Positions 47,581 through 61,865 are shown, counted from the first letter of the stretch. The stretch is 64,000 bases of DNA from Prorocentrum cordatum (GCA_963575745.1 CAUYUJ010000168.1:1-64000); one strand, 5' to 3'. Numbers and translations are program-made. The notes: a model not told the origin generated them from the letters alone.

Positions 47581-50471
47581 TTGCCCCTAGGTAGCCTCCG
47601 CTTCCTGTCGATATTGCCCGTCATGATGTCGAGCGTCCTGGACTCGATGGTGTACAAGTCGTCATGCATGGCCTTCATCTTCTTAGCACGCCTGGAGCTG
47701 GCCATCCTGATGGACCTGTCGCCGTCCCAGTCGATCTCGTTGGTTCTCGGAGACCGTCTCCGTCGCCATAACCCCCGCGGTCGGGATCACGATCTCCGCC
47801 TCCGGGTACTCCACCATGTCGAAGCCGCCGCCGAGCCCGTCCTCGGCGATGTAGGTCTGGAACTCGGGGCCGAAGACCTCGGGATCCGGGAAGTCCAGCA
47901 AGCTGACGCCCAGGTGGCCGCCGCTGGTCTTGAATAGGGGGACGTTGTAGGCGCCGATCTCCGTGAAGTCGGCGACCGCGTTCGCCACGTCGATCACCGC
48001 CCCTAGCTTCGACTGGGTGTCCTTGGAGATTAGCAGGGGGGCGCCCTGATCGAGCTCCGCCGACTCGATCGCGAACGGGTTGTTGGCGATGCCGGCCGGC
48101 ATGTTGTAGACCGTATCGCTGTACGCATCGCCGCCGACCCCTCGGAACTTGGTCTGCTGGGACCTGGGAGTCGGCTTGAGCTTCCGGTCGAGTAGCTCCT
48201 TCTCGTACTTGATCCTCCAGGGCGTGCCGCGCATGGTCATCTGGCAGGCTGTGTCAAGCACGGCAGTGCCAGGCGGGTCCCTGGAACTGGAGCCGTAGAC
48301 CTCGACGTCGTCCTTGGAGCCGTTGACCATCAGCACCTGGAACGACCCGTCCTCATGCTGAGAGGGGGGGTCCCACTCGCCCAGCGCCATCAGGTAGATA
48401 AGGAACCAGGCTAAGCGGTACTGGTCAACGGTGAACCGAGTCAGGTCGCTGGACATCGCGTGCCTGATGAGAGCGTTGCCATACGCGCGTGCAGCGTCAC
48501 CACCGTCCACGAACTCGGAGAACGTGTAGCCCCTGCACTTGCCGGCCATGATCTTCTCACCGCCGAGTGGTACCTGCTCGGTATCAAGGCCCTTGACGTC
48601 CTGGTCGAAGTCCGCGGGGTACGCCACGTACACGCTGTCCTCCCCCTCAGGCCTGTCCAGCTCGTGCGGGTAGTCCTCGACCCTCGGGATCCGCTCAAGC
48701 TCCTCGTCGCCAGACGGAACCTCCATCTCCATCGCGCGCTTGGTCATCAGCTCCGGCGCCAGCTCCTTGGACTTAGGGATGCTCTGGTACACCTTGAAGA
48801 CTCTCTCGGCTGGCTTCGTCTTCGCAGGGGTCGTGCGCGAGTAGATGGCCCTGCCCTTCGGGGTGAACAGTAGGGAGGCCATGAGGTACTTCCAGAGCTC
48901 CTCGCCACTAGACCTGTGGGCCTTGGCCACGTGGATGCCGACCCGGTTGGGCAGGCACCAGTGGCAAGTGAGGTACCTGTGCGTCCCGTTCGCGCCCTTG
49001 AACAGTCTAGGGTCCGCCGCCAGCGCGTGCTCGCAGGGCTCCGCCATGACTGGAAGTGACTGGCCTCGCCTCCTCGGGAGTCCCGCAGCTCCGTCGTCCG
49101 CGCTGGCCTTGAGGGTCCCGTCACCTTCCTTACCTCCTTGAGGGTTGCCGCGTGACCTTGCCTTGGGCTTAGGGCGGGCGCCGAGCCCAGTAGGTGAGGG
49201 CGAAGCCTAAACGCCACGAACACCTCCGCGATCCTGACCTCGCCAGTCCTGGAGCCGTCGCCCTTGAAGTAGCTGAAGCTGAAGTAGCTGTTCTTCGGCC
49301 TGTCCGATGGTGATGCCGCCGATCTCGATGACTTCGGGCAGCCCGGGCCCCCGTGCCAGTGTCCGATCTGCCCGCAGCTGGCGCACCTCGTAGTCCGCTT
49401 CAATTTCTCGATCCTGGCACGCCGCTCACCGTTGTCACCGGGAGCACTTCCACCTCTGGCTCGATCCCTCGAGCTCGAACTGCCTTCGCCGCGACCTCCG
49501 CCCTTGCGTCCTCGACCTCCCTTCCCGCGACCGCCGCTGCGCGCCTAGAACCTCTGCTTGTTCTGGACGATCGCCGCGAAGCTCTCCGCCGCCTCCGGGT
49601 CCATCTCATCGATCTCCTCGAGAGTGGCCTCCTCCTCGCCCAGGTAGACCTCTTCTTCCAGGGGCTGGTCGTCGTAGGAGTTGTCGAGCTGGTGGTCGTT
49701 GTCGTCGTAGTGCTCGTGCTCGTCGTCACGCTCGGCCTGCCACGCCTGCCGCTGCCTGTACTGGCCCTGCTGGAACCTCTGCGGCTTCGGGTCCGAGCGG
49801 TGCGCTTCCTGCTTGCCATCCTTCCGGTAGTTCCGCTCCCGCTCGTGGATACCCGAGTGCTGCATGCGCAGCGCCTTGGCGAACGCCTCCTTGTCGCACT
49901 TGTTGCCCGCGCTGCTGATGATGCTGGCGTGGTCCGACTTGTCGAGCCCGCTGAACTTCAGCAGCAGGTAGGCCTGGAGGTCGTCCGAGATGCTGGTCTC
50001 CTGCGAGACCTTCTTGAGATCGTCGAACGCCTTGGTCCGCCTCGTGCTGTACTCCTGCATGCTCTCGCCAGAGCCTCTCCACGCGGATTTGTCGTAAAGC
50101 GCGCCGTCGAAGAGCTCTGCCGCGCGAACAGGTCTCTCCTTCAAGACCGACTCGCCGAGCACACGCAGTAGCATCTCCAGGCCCTCGGTGGTCGCCTTCT
50201 TGCGAGTGATCGTGCCGCCGCCCTTGCCACCGCTCTCGAGGGTCTCCTCCTCGTACGTGAGCAAGTCGTCGTGCTTCAGCGACCTCACGGCGTCGTAGGC
50301 CGTGCCCGAGAGACCGTTCCTGAGGTTGACTGGCGTCGCGATCTGCTTTTCGTCGCCCATGCGACCGTAGAAGGCGTCCTTAGCCCGCTCCTGATACTCC
50401 TCGAACAGCGCTGGGTCGCCGTCGTAGAGCGGGATGTCCTTCTCGAAGGTGAGGCGCGAGGCTCGCGCCAT
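47581..50471 (-). pseudogene. gag: Copia gag, Zn knuckle and aspartic protease, with several frameshifts
   Basis: 'IPLYDGDPALFEEY' gag-like N-terminus, 'CASCGQIGHWHGGPGC' knuckle (~49340-49390), and protease motifs 'AVLDTAC' (~48250) and 'PLLISK'. Confidence 0.88.
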
Positions 50472-50754
50472 GACACCTCTTGGAGTTGCAGTGGTGCTGC
50501 TCGTAGTGCTGCTCGTGGTGCTGCTGGTTGCCAGGGCAGCAACGATCGAGCTCGTGATGATGGCGGACGCGATGCTGCAGCGCCGCCAGTGCCAGACTCC
50601 GCCCTGGTGGTCCAGCTTGTGCAGGTCCGCCACAACCTGCGCCGTGGTGCCGAGCCCGCTCCCTGCAGGCCAGGCCAGCAGCCCCAGCCACGGGGCGCGC
50701 CAAGCAGTCCCCCGCGAGCCGCGGAGGCGGGAGCAGACCGTGGCGAACCAGTCC

Positions 50755-50767
50755 GCTCCGCTTACCA
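50755..50767 (-). promoter_or_regulatory. Primer-binding site
   Basis: TGGTAAGCGGAGC immediately follows the 5' LTR and resembles the Met-type PBS TGGTATCAGAGC. Confidence 0.75.
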
Positions 50768-50916
50768 TCAACTGACGGCTGCCGCCGTCGAGAGAAAGCT
50801 GAAAGTCTTTTCTGCCCGAGACTCAAGAGCTCTGAAACCGAAACGGTTGCGGTCGAATCGGCGTCGGCGTGAGAGGGGCAGCTCGGGGGGCCAGGGAGAC
50901 AGTGTCCATTTCAACA
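50768..50916 (-). repeat. 5' LTR (149 bp)
   Basis: TGTTGAAATGG...CGTCAGTTGA on the minus strand; matches 19331-19479. Confidence 0.95.
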
Positions 50917-53900
50917 GAGGAGGAGGAGGAGACCAGGGAGGCATGTGCACCGCTCCTGGGCCCAGGATGGGCCTGGCCCGGGGCAGTGGCTACGCGTGGA
51001 AGACGTCGCCCGCGCGCGGGGCTCCGGGGAAGGTCCCGACCCTCTCCCTGGGGGGCTTGCGCGAAGGAAAAAGGCCCCGACCCTTTCCGCGGGGCCTGGG
51101 GCAGTGGCTACGCACAGTCGTCACCCTCATGCTCGGCGGCGAGCCTGGGGAGGGGGGGGGATTTTTCAACGGGGCCTCGTGATGAGTGACCAGCTCTGGG
51201 AGTCCCGCGCCAAACGCCCAAAGCGGCACGAGAACCAAAGCTCTCGTGCCACTATGCAACGCGTGGCGACCTCGCCTCGGCGAGCGCCGCTTCGGGGAGG
51301 GGGCTTCGCGAGTTCCTTTCGGAGAGCCCGCTATGGCCCCCCCCCTTGCGGTTCGTCCCTCGGCTCAGGCGCCAACGACAGGGCCGCCGTCAGCTGTGCA
51401 AGACAAAGCCGCTGTTTGGGGAGGGAGGCGACGGGGGCTCAGGCAGGGGGGGGCATGACAGTCCTCGCCCGCGCCCCGACGCTCTCAGGAAAAAGGGCGG
51501 CCCTCCTGAGCAAGTGTCGCCGCGGCGGGAGAGTTGCCTCCAACGCCCCGCGGCCGTGCTTGCAGGGGGGAGGTGGGCAGCGCGCAGCAGTGTAAAGGGC
51601 GGCCACTGGAGCCCCAGATCGAGCCCGCCGCGTGAGTCCATCGACCGCGGCCAGATTGAAAAAGAGGCGGCCCCCTGAGCAGCGGTCACCGCAAGGGGAG
51701 AATTGCCTCCAGCGCCCCACGGCCGCGTAAACAGGGGTGGGTGGGTAGCAGTGAAAAGGGCGGCCGCCGAGGGCCCCAGATCGAACCCGCCGAGCGAGAC
51801 CAACGCCCGCCGACCTAGAGAGAGCGGCCCCATTGTGCAGCTGTCGCCGCGGGGGGGATTACCTCCAGCGCCCGGCGGCCGCGCGGGCAAGGGGAGTGGG
51901 CGCGCGCGCAGCAGTGGGGGGGGGCGACCGCGGTGCCCCCGGATCGAACCCGCCGCGCAAGTCCAGGGGCCGCAGAGTAGACTACGCACCGTGCCCGATG
52001 GTGTGCCGAACCGCATGAGTAGGACAAAGCTAGCAATCTCGGCTTCAGTCCGAGCCAGGAGTCGCCCTATCCCGCTCCAGCCCCCCCGACATCGCCGGGC
52101 AAATCCGAAGACAGGGAATGTGAGGACTGGCCGTCCAGGCCCTGCCAGAAAGACCCGCGGCGCCCTGCTGTCGGTTTTCCGTGCGTGGAACTCCTGCTTC
52201 ACGACTGGCCGCGCTCGGTGCGGCACTCGGTGGGGACTGGGCGGCTTCGGACCAAACGGCGCCTGGGATCATGTGGGGCAGGGCGTGCTCGCGGCGGCCC
52301 CTCGACAGCGGCGCGTCGCGCGTCGCTGCTGCGGGCCCGCGGTGTCCAGAAAACTGAAAACGCCTGATGCGTGCGATGTTCCCCTTCCCTTTCTTCGAAG
52401 GGGCTTGGCAGGCAGACGGCAAATGACGCGGGTCCACCGCTGCAGCGCGGCCGCATCGGGCGCGCAAAACAAGCGAGTGCCTTGGCCAGAACTGCGGCAC
52501 ATGCGACGGATGAAGTTCCCCCCGCCCCCCCCAACTCGAACTCCCGACCCCGCCGCCCGAATCTCGTCGACATTAACGTGCAAGGCCGCTTCGCAACATG
52601 CGGGGGGCCTGCGCTCGGTGGCGCGCGCCGCCCTGCTAGCGCCCTTTTGCGCGATCGAGTAACAAGTGCTACAAACATGTTTCTTCAAACCATGCAAGAC
52701 GACTGGGTGCTGGCTGGCTAAAAACATAGCAGTATAGGCTCTGTTCAGGCACTCAGCGGACACTGGTTCGCGCTCGCACACTGACAGATCGAGTCTCGGC
52801 CAATGTTGCAACAGTTTGCCCGCCAACTTACAGGCCGCCTTGGACAATCTGATGCGACGCCTTCACGCATCTTGCTCTTGTTCCGAGGCTACAGGGCGAA
52901 GGGTTGCTCCTGCCTTCGCTGCTTTGTCAGCGGAGTCGTTGCCTAGCCTGCGGCGTTCCTCTCGGGGTTCTAATCCGACCTCGTTGGGGTCGAGGTGGGT
53001 CTTGACTTTGCGCGCCCCCGAAATATTTAGAGAGCCTTGTTGAAATCAGGACATGGGACCCGCGTAGGGGCGTTTGTAAGAAAACTGGGGCTCCCTTGGG
53101 GCCTGGGCAAAGTCGGCGACGTTTTCGCAGTCGCCTAGCGCAGAGGACGGGCCAGTGACTTCTATCCCAGCCCTCGCCAGTGGTGAATTCTCCTCGCTGT
53201 GGCGTCTGCGGGGAAGGAGCGAACATAGGCGCGTGAATAGTGCGCGGCTCAGCCACGTCCTCGTCGACCAGACAAAGACCATGCCCGGCCCCCGAAAGCT
53301 CCGAGGCAGGATGTTTGCAACATCGACCATCTACAAATATAGAACCGCTGAAGCTGCCATCACCAGGAGGGGGAACGTGCCGTGCAACCATCGCCTCGAA
53401 ATCTTGGGGCCGAACCTGGGGCCGAGGGGGCGCGTCGCCCGGGTGAAGGAACGCCCCCCTACGAGACAGGCGTTCAGTCAAAGGGTCCGACGGATCAGCC
53501 GCGGCAGCGGTGTCGATGACATCTTGATCGGTCAGCTCGGCTCTGAACTCATCGTGGCAAGGGCACTCCCAGAGCCCGTGAAACGGCGCATCTGACGCCT
53601 GACCGCAGTGATCGCAGCGATTATTGCCCAGGATGGAGCCGGCTTGGACAGCGTGGCTTTTCGTCCACAGACCGTCGCAACACAGACTACGAATCCTTTC
53701 TTTCTCCATCGGCGACCAGCGTTTCGACCGAAGCTGTCCATTGACGATGTCAAAGCACAATCGATCGCAGGGGGGGCTAAGCTGGTCGCTGGAATCTCGC
53801 TCAAGCTGTCGGAAGACCGCGTCGCGAAGCAGGATCATGAGTAACACTGGTGCCACCAATTTTAATAGGATGGGTTCGCCGGAGTCCGAGAGAAGGATCG

Positions 53901-54035
53901 CAAAGTCCGACGTGACCCAGCCTATCCTAGCAACAGACAAACGCATGGCCGTCAAGGGCCCGCTGACTCTTTTCCACTTGGGCGTCGGCCCACGAAAGGC
54001 GTCGTTCCACAACTGCCTCGAGGTGTGTGTGTGTG

Positions 54036-54067
<32 letters not shown>

Positions 54068-54769
54068 GGGTGCGCGAGGGTGCGCGCGGGCGTGGGCGGC
54101 CCGGACTTGTCTGCTGCATCTGGTAATGGGGGCCGCGGGGCCTATCCAGGTGGGGTCGTCCTTGACAAGAAGGGTGGAAATAAAAGGTCTGCCCCCCGCT
54201 CTAGGCCTCAAAACTTTGCCCGCTTCGCGACGGAATTTCGCGAACTCGAAATCCGGAATGCCGTGCACCTCGGCTCCGTGAAGAACTCCAAGCAGCGCTC
54301 CCGAGACCCGGATCCGCTTCGCGAGTCTGCCATGCTGGGAGGAGAGCCAAATCATTGTACGAATGGTACTCTCAATGAAATACATTCTGATGTTGAACTT
54401 CCCGCTGCGTTTTCCGATTCTCGCGGGCCTGCCAGCCGTGTCATCGATCCCGGGGTTGACCGCGCTATCGATGGGCTCTCCAGCCAAGGGGCCGAGGGCG
54501 CTGCGGAGCTGCTCCTTCGCCCCCCCAGCAGGAGACAACAACGGCGGCCTCGTCGCGCGAGATGCCGCGCTCCATCGCTGAAGCGATAGCGCTGCGCAGG
54601 CTAGCGGGCGCAGGCTTCGAGCTGGCGTCGACATGGTTGACGGCGCCCGTGGCGGAGACGCCAGTGCCATCGATGCATTGGCGCAATTGTGTGCTGGGTG
54701 GTGATGTGTGTGTGTGTGTCAGCAGGTTCCCCATGCCCATGCATCTGGCCGAACGGTAAGCGGAAAGAG

Positions 54770-55567
<798 letters not shown>

Positions 55568-57238
55568 CTTGCGCAAGGCGGGAGGGAGCTGGATCTCGGC
55601 GCAGTGGGCCTCTAGCATCTCTAGGGGGAGGCCCTCGCATAATTTCGTCATGCCCCCAAAGGCAGACGCCCCCCCTGGAGTTGGCCGCCTCGGACTTCGC
55701 CGTGTGGCGCCAGACGGCGTCCATGACCCCGGAGAAGGCCTGCCCCGCGAAGTGCGGCCTGGCGAAACGAGCTTCCCATTGCTGGGCGTAGGCTCGGCGG
55801 CGTCTCCCCGGGGAGCGGTGTAGCGGGCAGAAAAGACCGATGGGGCGGTAGCCGCCGTGCGGCTTCATCAGCGGGATGACCTGCGCGATCTGGGGTTGCA
55901 GTGGCATGCGCGAGATGGGCGCCATAATATGTATCATGGCGGAGACTAACTCGAGGCAGTGATCGGACATCCAAGCGTCGTGTCTCAGGTGGAATCCATC
56001 CAGGGCCCAGGCGGTCCTCGCGGAGTACTTCCTTGAGACTTCCATAATGCAGTCAGCGCTAAAGGGGGTGGTGAGTGTGTGTGTGTGTGTGCTCTTGGAT
56101 GGCCTTGGATTCAACGTCCAAAGCCTGGGGTTCGGCCTATCGGATGCCCGAGAGCAACGCAGCCTGAGTTTTCAACGGCGCCAGGGGGGCCCGAAAAAGG
56201 TAATCGTCGCCCTCCAACCCGCAGCGGGCTTCCAGACGACGCGCCCCCCCCCCCCCTCTCGATGATGGCCGACGGCCAGCTCTTCCGCGATTGACTGGCC
56301 TGGCTCCTTGCAGCGATCTGCCCCGCGTGCTAAGCCTTGGGGATGTCCGCGGGCAGCTCGGTGTCATCGCGCTCGGCGGCCTCGAAAACGATGTCGATGC
56401 GAAGGTCGGCATAGGGCTGCGCCCTGGCCTCTGTGGCGCCAGCTTGACTGTTCTGACATGCGATTTCGAAAGCTCGTCGGACAAGACGTGGGGATTGGTG
56501 AACGCGCGGGCCCGCCCCCCCCCCCCCCTGGCACCTCTGCCGAAAGGTAACCTGGGCAGAAAAAAACTTCGGAATGTCCCCTGGAGGGCTTCCAAGAGAA
56601 AGGCTCGCTGCTGGCTTTCAGGGGGGCCTGATTAAAGTGCTTCCCCACTGACGGGGCGCGCTGGCCAACCGTTTTATTCCGGAGAGGGCAGGGTGGGCGA
56701 CCTCGCTGGGTTTAGCGTGGAACGCGGGTGCCCATTTCAACCTACATCGGGGGGCGACTTCTAGCGCCGTATCGGGGGGCTAAGAATGGGCAAACTCAGC
56801 GACTTCGCACTTGGCAAGCATGCCCCACGCGCGGTGCAGATGCGTAAGGGCCTCAGGGAAGCCCTGGGTCGACTGGCCAGGAACATGCCCGGGCAACAAA
56901 TCTCTTCCATTCGCCTCAACTCGTCTCACTGATGGGGCCCCTTCGCAGGGCCGACGGGTCGAGCCGCGGGGATGGGATGAGGGCCTTTCGAACGCCGGCG
57001 CCCGCGAAGAAGCCGCGCGTCCATGAAGAACAAGCCGCGCTGGCCAGTGAGGGGTGATGCATGATTTGCGCGCGACATATGCTTCCTTGACCGTCCGCGC
57101 TAAGCCCTTGGAGGCGACAAAGAAATCGAGCGTTCTCATCCCTCCAGTGGCGAGGCTCGTGCCACCGCAATCGGGCGCGAGCAGCTGCCCCGAGGGCCGC
57201 TCAGCAAATCCACTATAAAGAAGATTATCCCAGTGCGA

Positions 57239-58546
57239 CCCTACCTAGGAGTTGGAGCCCCGAGGAAAACAGCATTAGTCGTAGCAGTAAAGCTAAGGTA
57301 AAACTAAGCTCAAGCTATGCTAGAGCTAAGCTAAAGCAAAGGTGAAGCTAAGCTAAAGCTCAGCTAAAGCTAAGCTAACGCTGAGCTAAAGCTAAGCTAA
57401 AGCTGCGCTGAAACTAAAGCTAAGCTAAAACTAAGCTAAAGCCAAGCTAAAACTAAGCTAATTCTAAACTAAAGCTACGCTGAAGCTAAGCTAAAGCTCA
57501 GCTAAAGCTAAGTTAACGCTGAGCTGAAGCTAAGCTAAAACTAAACTAAGGCTAAGCTAAAGCTAAGCTGAAGCTAAACTAAAGCTAAGCTGAAGCTCAA
57601 CTAAATCTAAGCTAAAGCTAAGCTAAGGCTAAGCTAAAGCTAAGCTTAAGCTAAGCTAAAGCTAAAGCTAAATCTAAAGCTAAAACTCCCAGGGGACTGA
57701 GGGAACCGCTCCTAGGGGACTGGGGGAACCGCCGGGGGCGATTTGCACTGCCCGGCCCCTTTAAGCTAGAGAGTGAGAACCCTTCTAAGCAGAGCCTAGG
57801 TAGGGAATAAACCTGAGCTAAGATGAAGCTAAGCACCACCTGGTGCCGAGGCGGGCTGCGCAGCACCGCTGCACGCCTCACTCCCCCAACCTCGGGACAT
57901 GAGCGTGGGCGGTTGTGTGGCAGGGCCTCCGGACTTGAACCGACATGGTTACGGAAGACACTGCTTGCGGGGGCTCTGGTCCGGCCATCGAGGCTAGCTC
58001 GGCATCTGTCGCACATTGCTTCTGCTTTGCCTTTCCTTTGCTTTGCTTTTGCTTTTGCTTTGCTTTGCTTTGCGTTGCTTGTGCTTTGCTTTGCTGTCAC
58101 TGCTGTTGCGTTGCCTTTGCTTTGCTACTCTGCTATGCAATGCTCTGCTCTGCTCTGCTATGCTATGCTGCGCTGTGCTATGCTGTGCTGTGCTGCGCAA
58201 TGCTATGCTATGCTATGCTGCGCTATGCTATGCTATGCTGGGCTATGCTATGATATGCTGTGCTGCGCTATGCTGTACTACGCTATACTATGCTCTGCAA
58301 TGCTAAAGCTCAGCGAAGCTAAACTGAAGGTAGGCTGAAGCTAATATAGACCTGAGCTAAGATGAAACTAAGCTAAGCTAGGATGAAATAAGCTAAGCTA
58401 AGATGATATTAGCAACGCTAAGCTAATGGGACGTAGCTGGGGGAACCGCGGGGCGGATCCTGGGGGAACAACCCGGGGCGATTTGCACTGTCCGGCCCCT
58501 TTAAGCTCAGAGAGTAAGAGCCCTTCTAGGCAGAGTCAAGGTAGGG
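57239..58546. mobile_element. Composite MITE-like insertion containing (AAGCT)n and (TGCTA/TGCTT)n satellites
   Basis: CCCTACCTAGG (57239-57249) and CCTAGGTAGGG (57795-57805) form a perfect 11-bp inverted repeat. The ~90-bp right end is duplicated at ~58460-58546. The insertion interrupts the LINE endonuclease. Confidence 0.55.
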
Positions 58547-61500
58547 AAACATCGGGGCACATGTTCAAATCTCCAACGATCAGGATTTCGGAGGTGTGGA
58601 TATCCTGAAGGCTGCCGATAGCGCTCATGATGTCCACGTTTCTGTTCGAGAGTTCCTCGGCGCAGCAAAAGTAAGGAGACACCCGGAGAATTTGGTGATC
58701 ATGCCCCCCTGGAAGATGAACGGCTCCAGCAACCGCTCGAGCTGGGACGACTTCGGAAGTTTGGATTGGAAGAGGGTGAAGGCCTAAGAAACTACGAACT
58801 AAGATCGCTACTCCGCCCGAGCTGCCCTCGCCGACACCGGGGTGCGCAGTGGAGACAATCTCCTTCCAACCATTGCGTAAATACCAAGCCTGCGCATTGT
58901 AGCAGGCTTCCGAAGAAGAGAGATGGTGTTCCTGAACGGCCACCGCATGGGCGTGGGTCCTTCGAATCCATTCCTGACACGACTCCCATGATGTGGCGTT
59001 CACGAGTTCAAGAATGAGGCTGACACTATCCTGGGACGGCGTCGGTGGCACCTGGAAGAAATCAAACGTGAAGCCGACGTCGGCACGAGATGAAACCGCG
59101 TGGTCCGGTACACAAAACCCTCGGCCTACTGGAGGCCCGTCCGAGGATGACTTACACTGAATCGAATATACGTGATCCTGACCCCCCGCCCATGGGCCTG
59201 GACGGGGGGGGTCTCAGTTGCCCTGAAGGGGCAGGCCCCCCAAGGCTCGGGAGGAGGAGGAGGAGGAGGAGGAGGAGGAGGAGGAGGAGGAGGAGAAGGA
59301 GGAGGAGGAGGAGGAGGAGGAGGAGAAGGAGGAGGGGGAGGAGGAGTAGGATGAGGATGAGGATGAGGAGGAGGAGGAGGAGGAGGAGGAGGAGGAGGAG
59401 GAGGAGGAGGAGGAGGAGGAGGAGGAGGGGGGGATGAGGATGAGGAGGAGGCGGAGGAGGAGGAGGATGAAAACGAGGAGGAGGAGGAAACGGAGGAGGA
59501 GGAGGAGGAAGAGGAGGAGGAGGAGGAGGAGGAGGAGGAGGAGGAGGAGGGGGGGGAAGGAGGAACATGAGGAGGAGGAGGACGAGGAGGAGGAGGGGGA
59601 GGAAGAAAAGGAGGACGAGGAGGAGGACGAGGAGGAGGAGGAGGAAGAAGAGGAGGAGGAGGGGGGCCATGTTCTCCCCCGAATCCTCCCTCTCCGTAAA
59701 TCGTCGGCCAGCCTGGGGGTGAAACGAAAAAGGGCGGGTCTTCTCGGAAGGCTCGGAAATCCCCCGGCTTTTGAACAACTTTCTAAGCCTTCCCCGAAAA
59801 CGCAAAACACTTTTCAGAAGGCGCGAGGGCTTCTGAAAAGTCCCGTCGCCTTCCGTCAACACCTTCTCCTTGTTGCTTCCCCCCTCGCTCGCCGCTGGTA
59901 TAGGATTGATTCGCCCCAGAACTATGTTTTACCGTATAATTTACCAATATGCACAGAATGTTCCGTAGATCTACCTACACACATGTTGCTTCATGTTTGG
60001 TTGGTTCGACGTAGATTCCCAGTCTGGGGTACATCAATCCTGTAGTCGATCTACTACTCTTTGGACGCCCAGAATGGGTACGGAAAACATGGGCACGATG
60101 CGCAACAACAAATCTTGTCCGAATGCAACGGCGGCTTTTTGTCTCAACTGGACATCGGCCGCGACGACACCGGCAGCGACTCCTGTTCAAAAAGGGCACG
60201 GACTGCTGTTAGTCTTCGCCCCTATTCTTCCCGCGCGCATCCCCGATTCTTATACGATACCCGAGGGGCCCGCGGTCCTGTCGGCGCAGTCCCACCAGTC
60301 CTTTGGGGGCAGGTCGTCTAGTAGAGCGTTTCCTCCTCGTGATCGTTGTCTGACTTATTGCTTGCCGAATCGGCGGGGGCCCTCGCCCCCCCCCGCCCCC
60401 CCCCCCCTTGGAGTAGATCTTTGCTGTGTTCTTGGCGCCTGTTTCAAGCAGGTGGACGGCTCCCCGCAGGATCCCCAGTGGGAGCACTTTTCCAAACAGT
60501 CGCACTAAGCAGAGGTCCGGAGCCAGACCCCCCTGCCCCCTTTTTTTGGCGACGCGCGCGCAGAGCGAGCAGTCAAGCGCCTCGGCGGTGCCGTGCCCAG
60601 CTCAGGCGCGTGCACTTTAAGTAAGGGTGGAGGGGGGGGAACCGCCACACACGACCCGCACAGGGGGAGTGCAGGAGTGCGCGTGTGGCGGACAGGTTTT
60701 CCATCCCCCCCTTCCGCCCAATGTCGAAACGCCGAAGAAAAAAAAACGTTCGCCTCCAACCTCGCTCTGTCCCTCTGCCCCCTGTTCGGGGAGGGGCCTG
60801 CCGACTTGCCCCTTCCCTTGTCCCCCGTCCCCTGCAGGGGTGACCCCGGGTGATCTTTGGTGCGCGACTTCCGGGGGCCGCGGGGAGGCCGCCTACCTGA
60901 GCGCGACAGACGCTGCTATCGCATCGCGTTCGATCACCTGGGGACCCCGGTGTGCCCGCACTGGAAGTCACTCAGGCGAAAGGTCACTCTTTCGGGCGCG
61001 GCCTCACCGACCCCTAGCAAACCATCCCCTTCAGTGACGTCATCCTCGCCTTTCGAGCTCCCCTCCGACCGCATACATACGTCTTGGGGCGAGGCGAGGG
61101 GGACGTCACAAAAGGGGATGGTTTGCTAGGGATCGGTTAGGCCTCCCCTGACTTTTGCCCGTCGACTGGAAGAAGCAGGTAGAGCCATGAAGCAGCAAGG
61201 CGTTGGAAATAGATTGGGCTTCCGCCCGCCCCCTGAAGAGCCAGGAACAGGCGAAACACCGCTCGATCATGGAACTGGGAAGGCGCCTAAAGTAGGTTGG
61301 GATCCGAAAATCTAAGAATAGAGGCCTCTTAGATGGGGTCGGAGTGGAGTAGGGTCGGAGGATCGCGACGCATCGCCGATACATCGGCGATGCATCGGCG
61401 ATGTATTGGCGATGCATCGTGGACGTCGGCAATTCATTGGCGACGTCGACGTGAAGCATCGGGCCCCACCTCGAGCCGCATCGCCGATGCATCGGCGATG

Positions 61501-61865
61501 CGTAGCGATCCTTCGACCCCATCTACTCGGATCCCATCTGTAGAAGAAGAAGAATAATAAACAACGCCACAGACATAAACTTTTGGCGCTCCGCGCGGAT
61601 TTCTTGGATCTGGCCCGGCGCGGATCCAAGAAGTCCGCGCGGAGCACCAACAGGTGATGTTTATGGCGTTTTTCTTCTTCGAATCCAGGGGGCCTCCTCC
61701 TCCTCCTCCTCCTCCTCCTCCTCCTCCATTCCTTTTCCTTTGTAAATGCATTCTCCCTGTCGCACCCCGAGGCCAGTTTTTAGGGCGGGCCGGCCGTTGC
61801 GCCTGAGACTTCCTCACCATCTATTGTTCTGAAACTTCAGAATTGGCAACAATTTCACACATGGA

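Larger units (their letters stand above)
19331..50916 (-). mobile_element. Ty1/copia LTR retrotransposon (~8.2 kb once the nested 23.4-kb insertion is removed) with a DNMT-like domain; frameshifted
   Basis: Paired LTRs, PBS, PPT-like tract and domain order gag-PR-(DNMT-like)-IN-RT-RNaseH. The two halves join in frame (ATVQ|EARE) across the insertion. Confidence 0.93.

Noticed and set aside
19576..50471. Two independent truncated retrotransposons
   Set aside because: The halves join in frame across a TSD-flanked insertion and share a matching LTR pair.
59900..60330. Possible RT fragment ('DAQNGYG')
   Set aside because: A single weak motif with no supporting neighbours.
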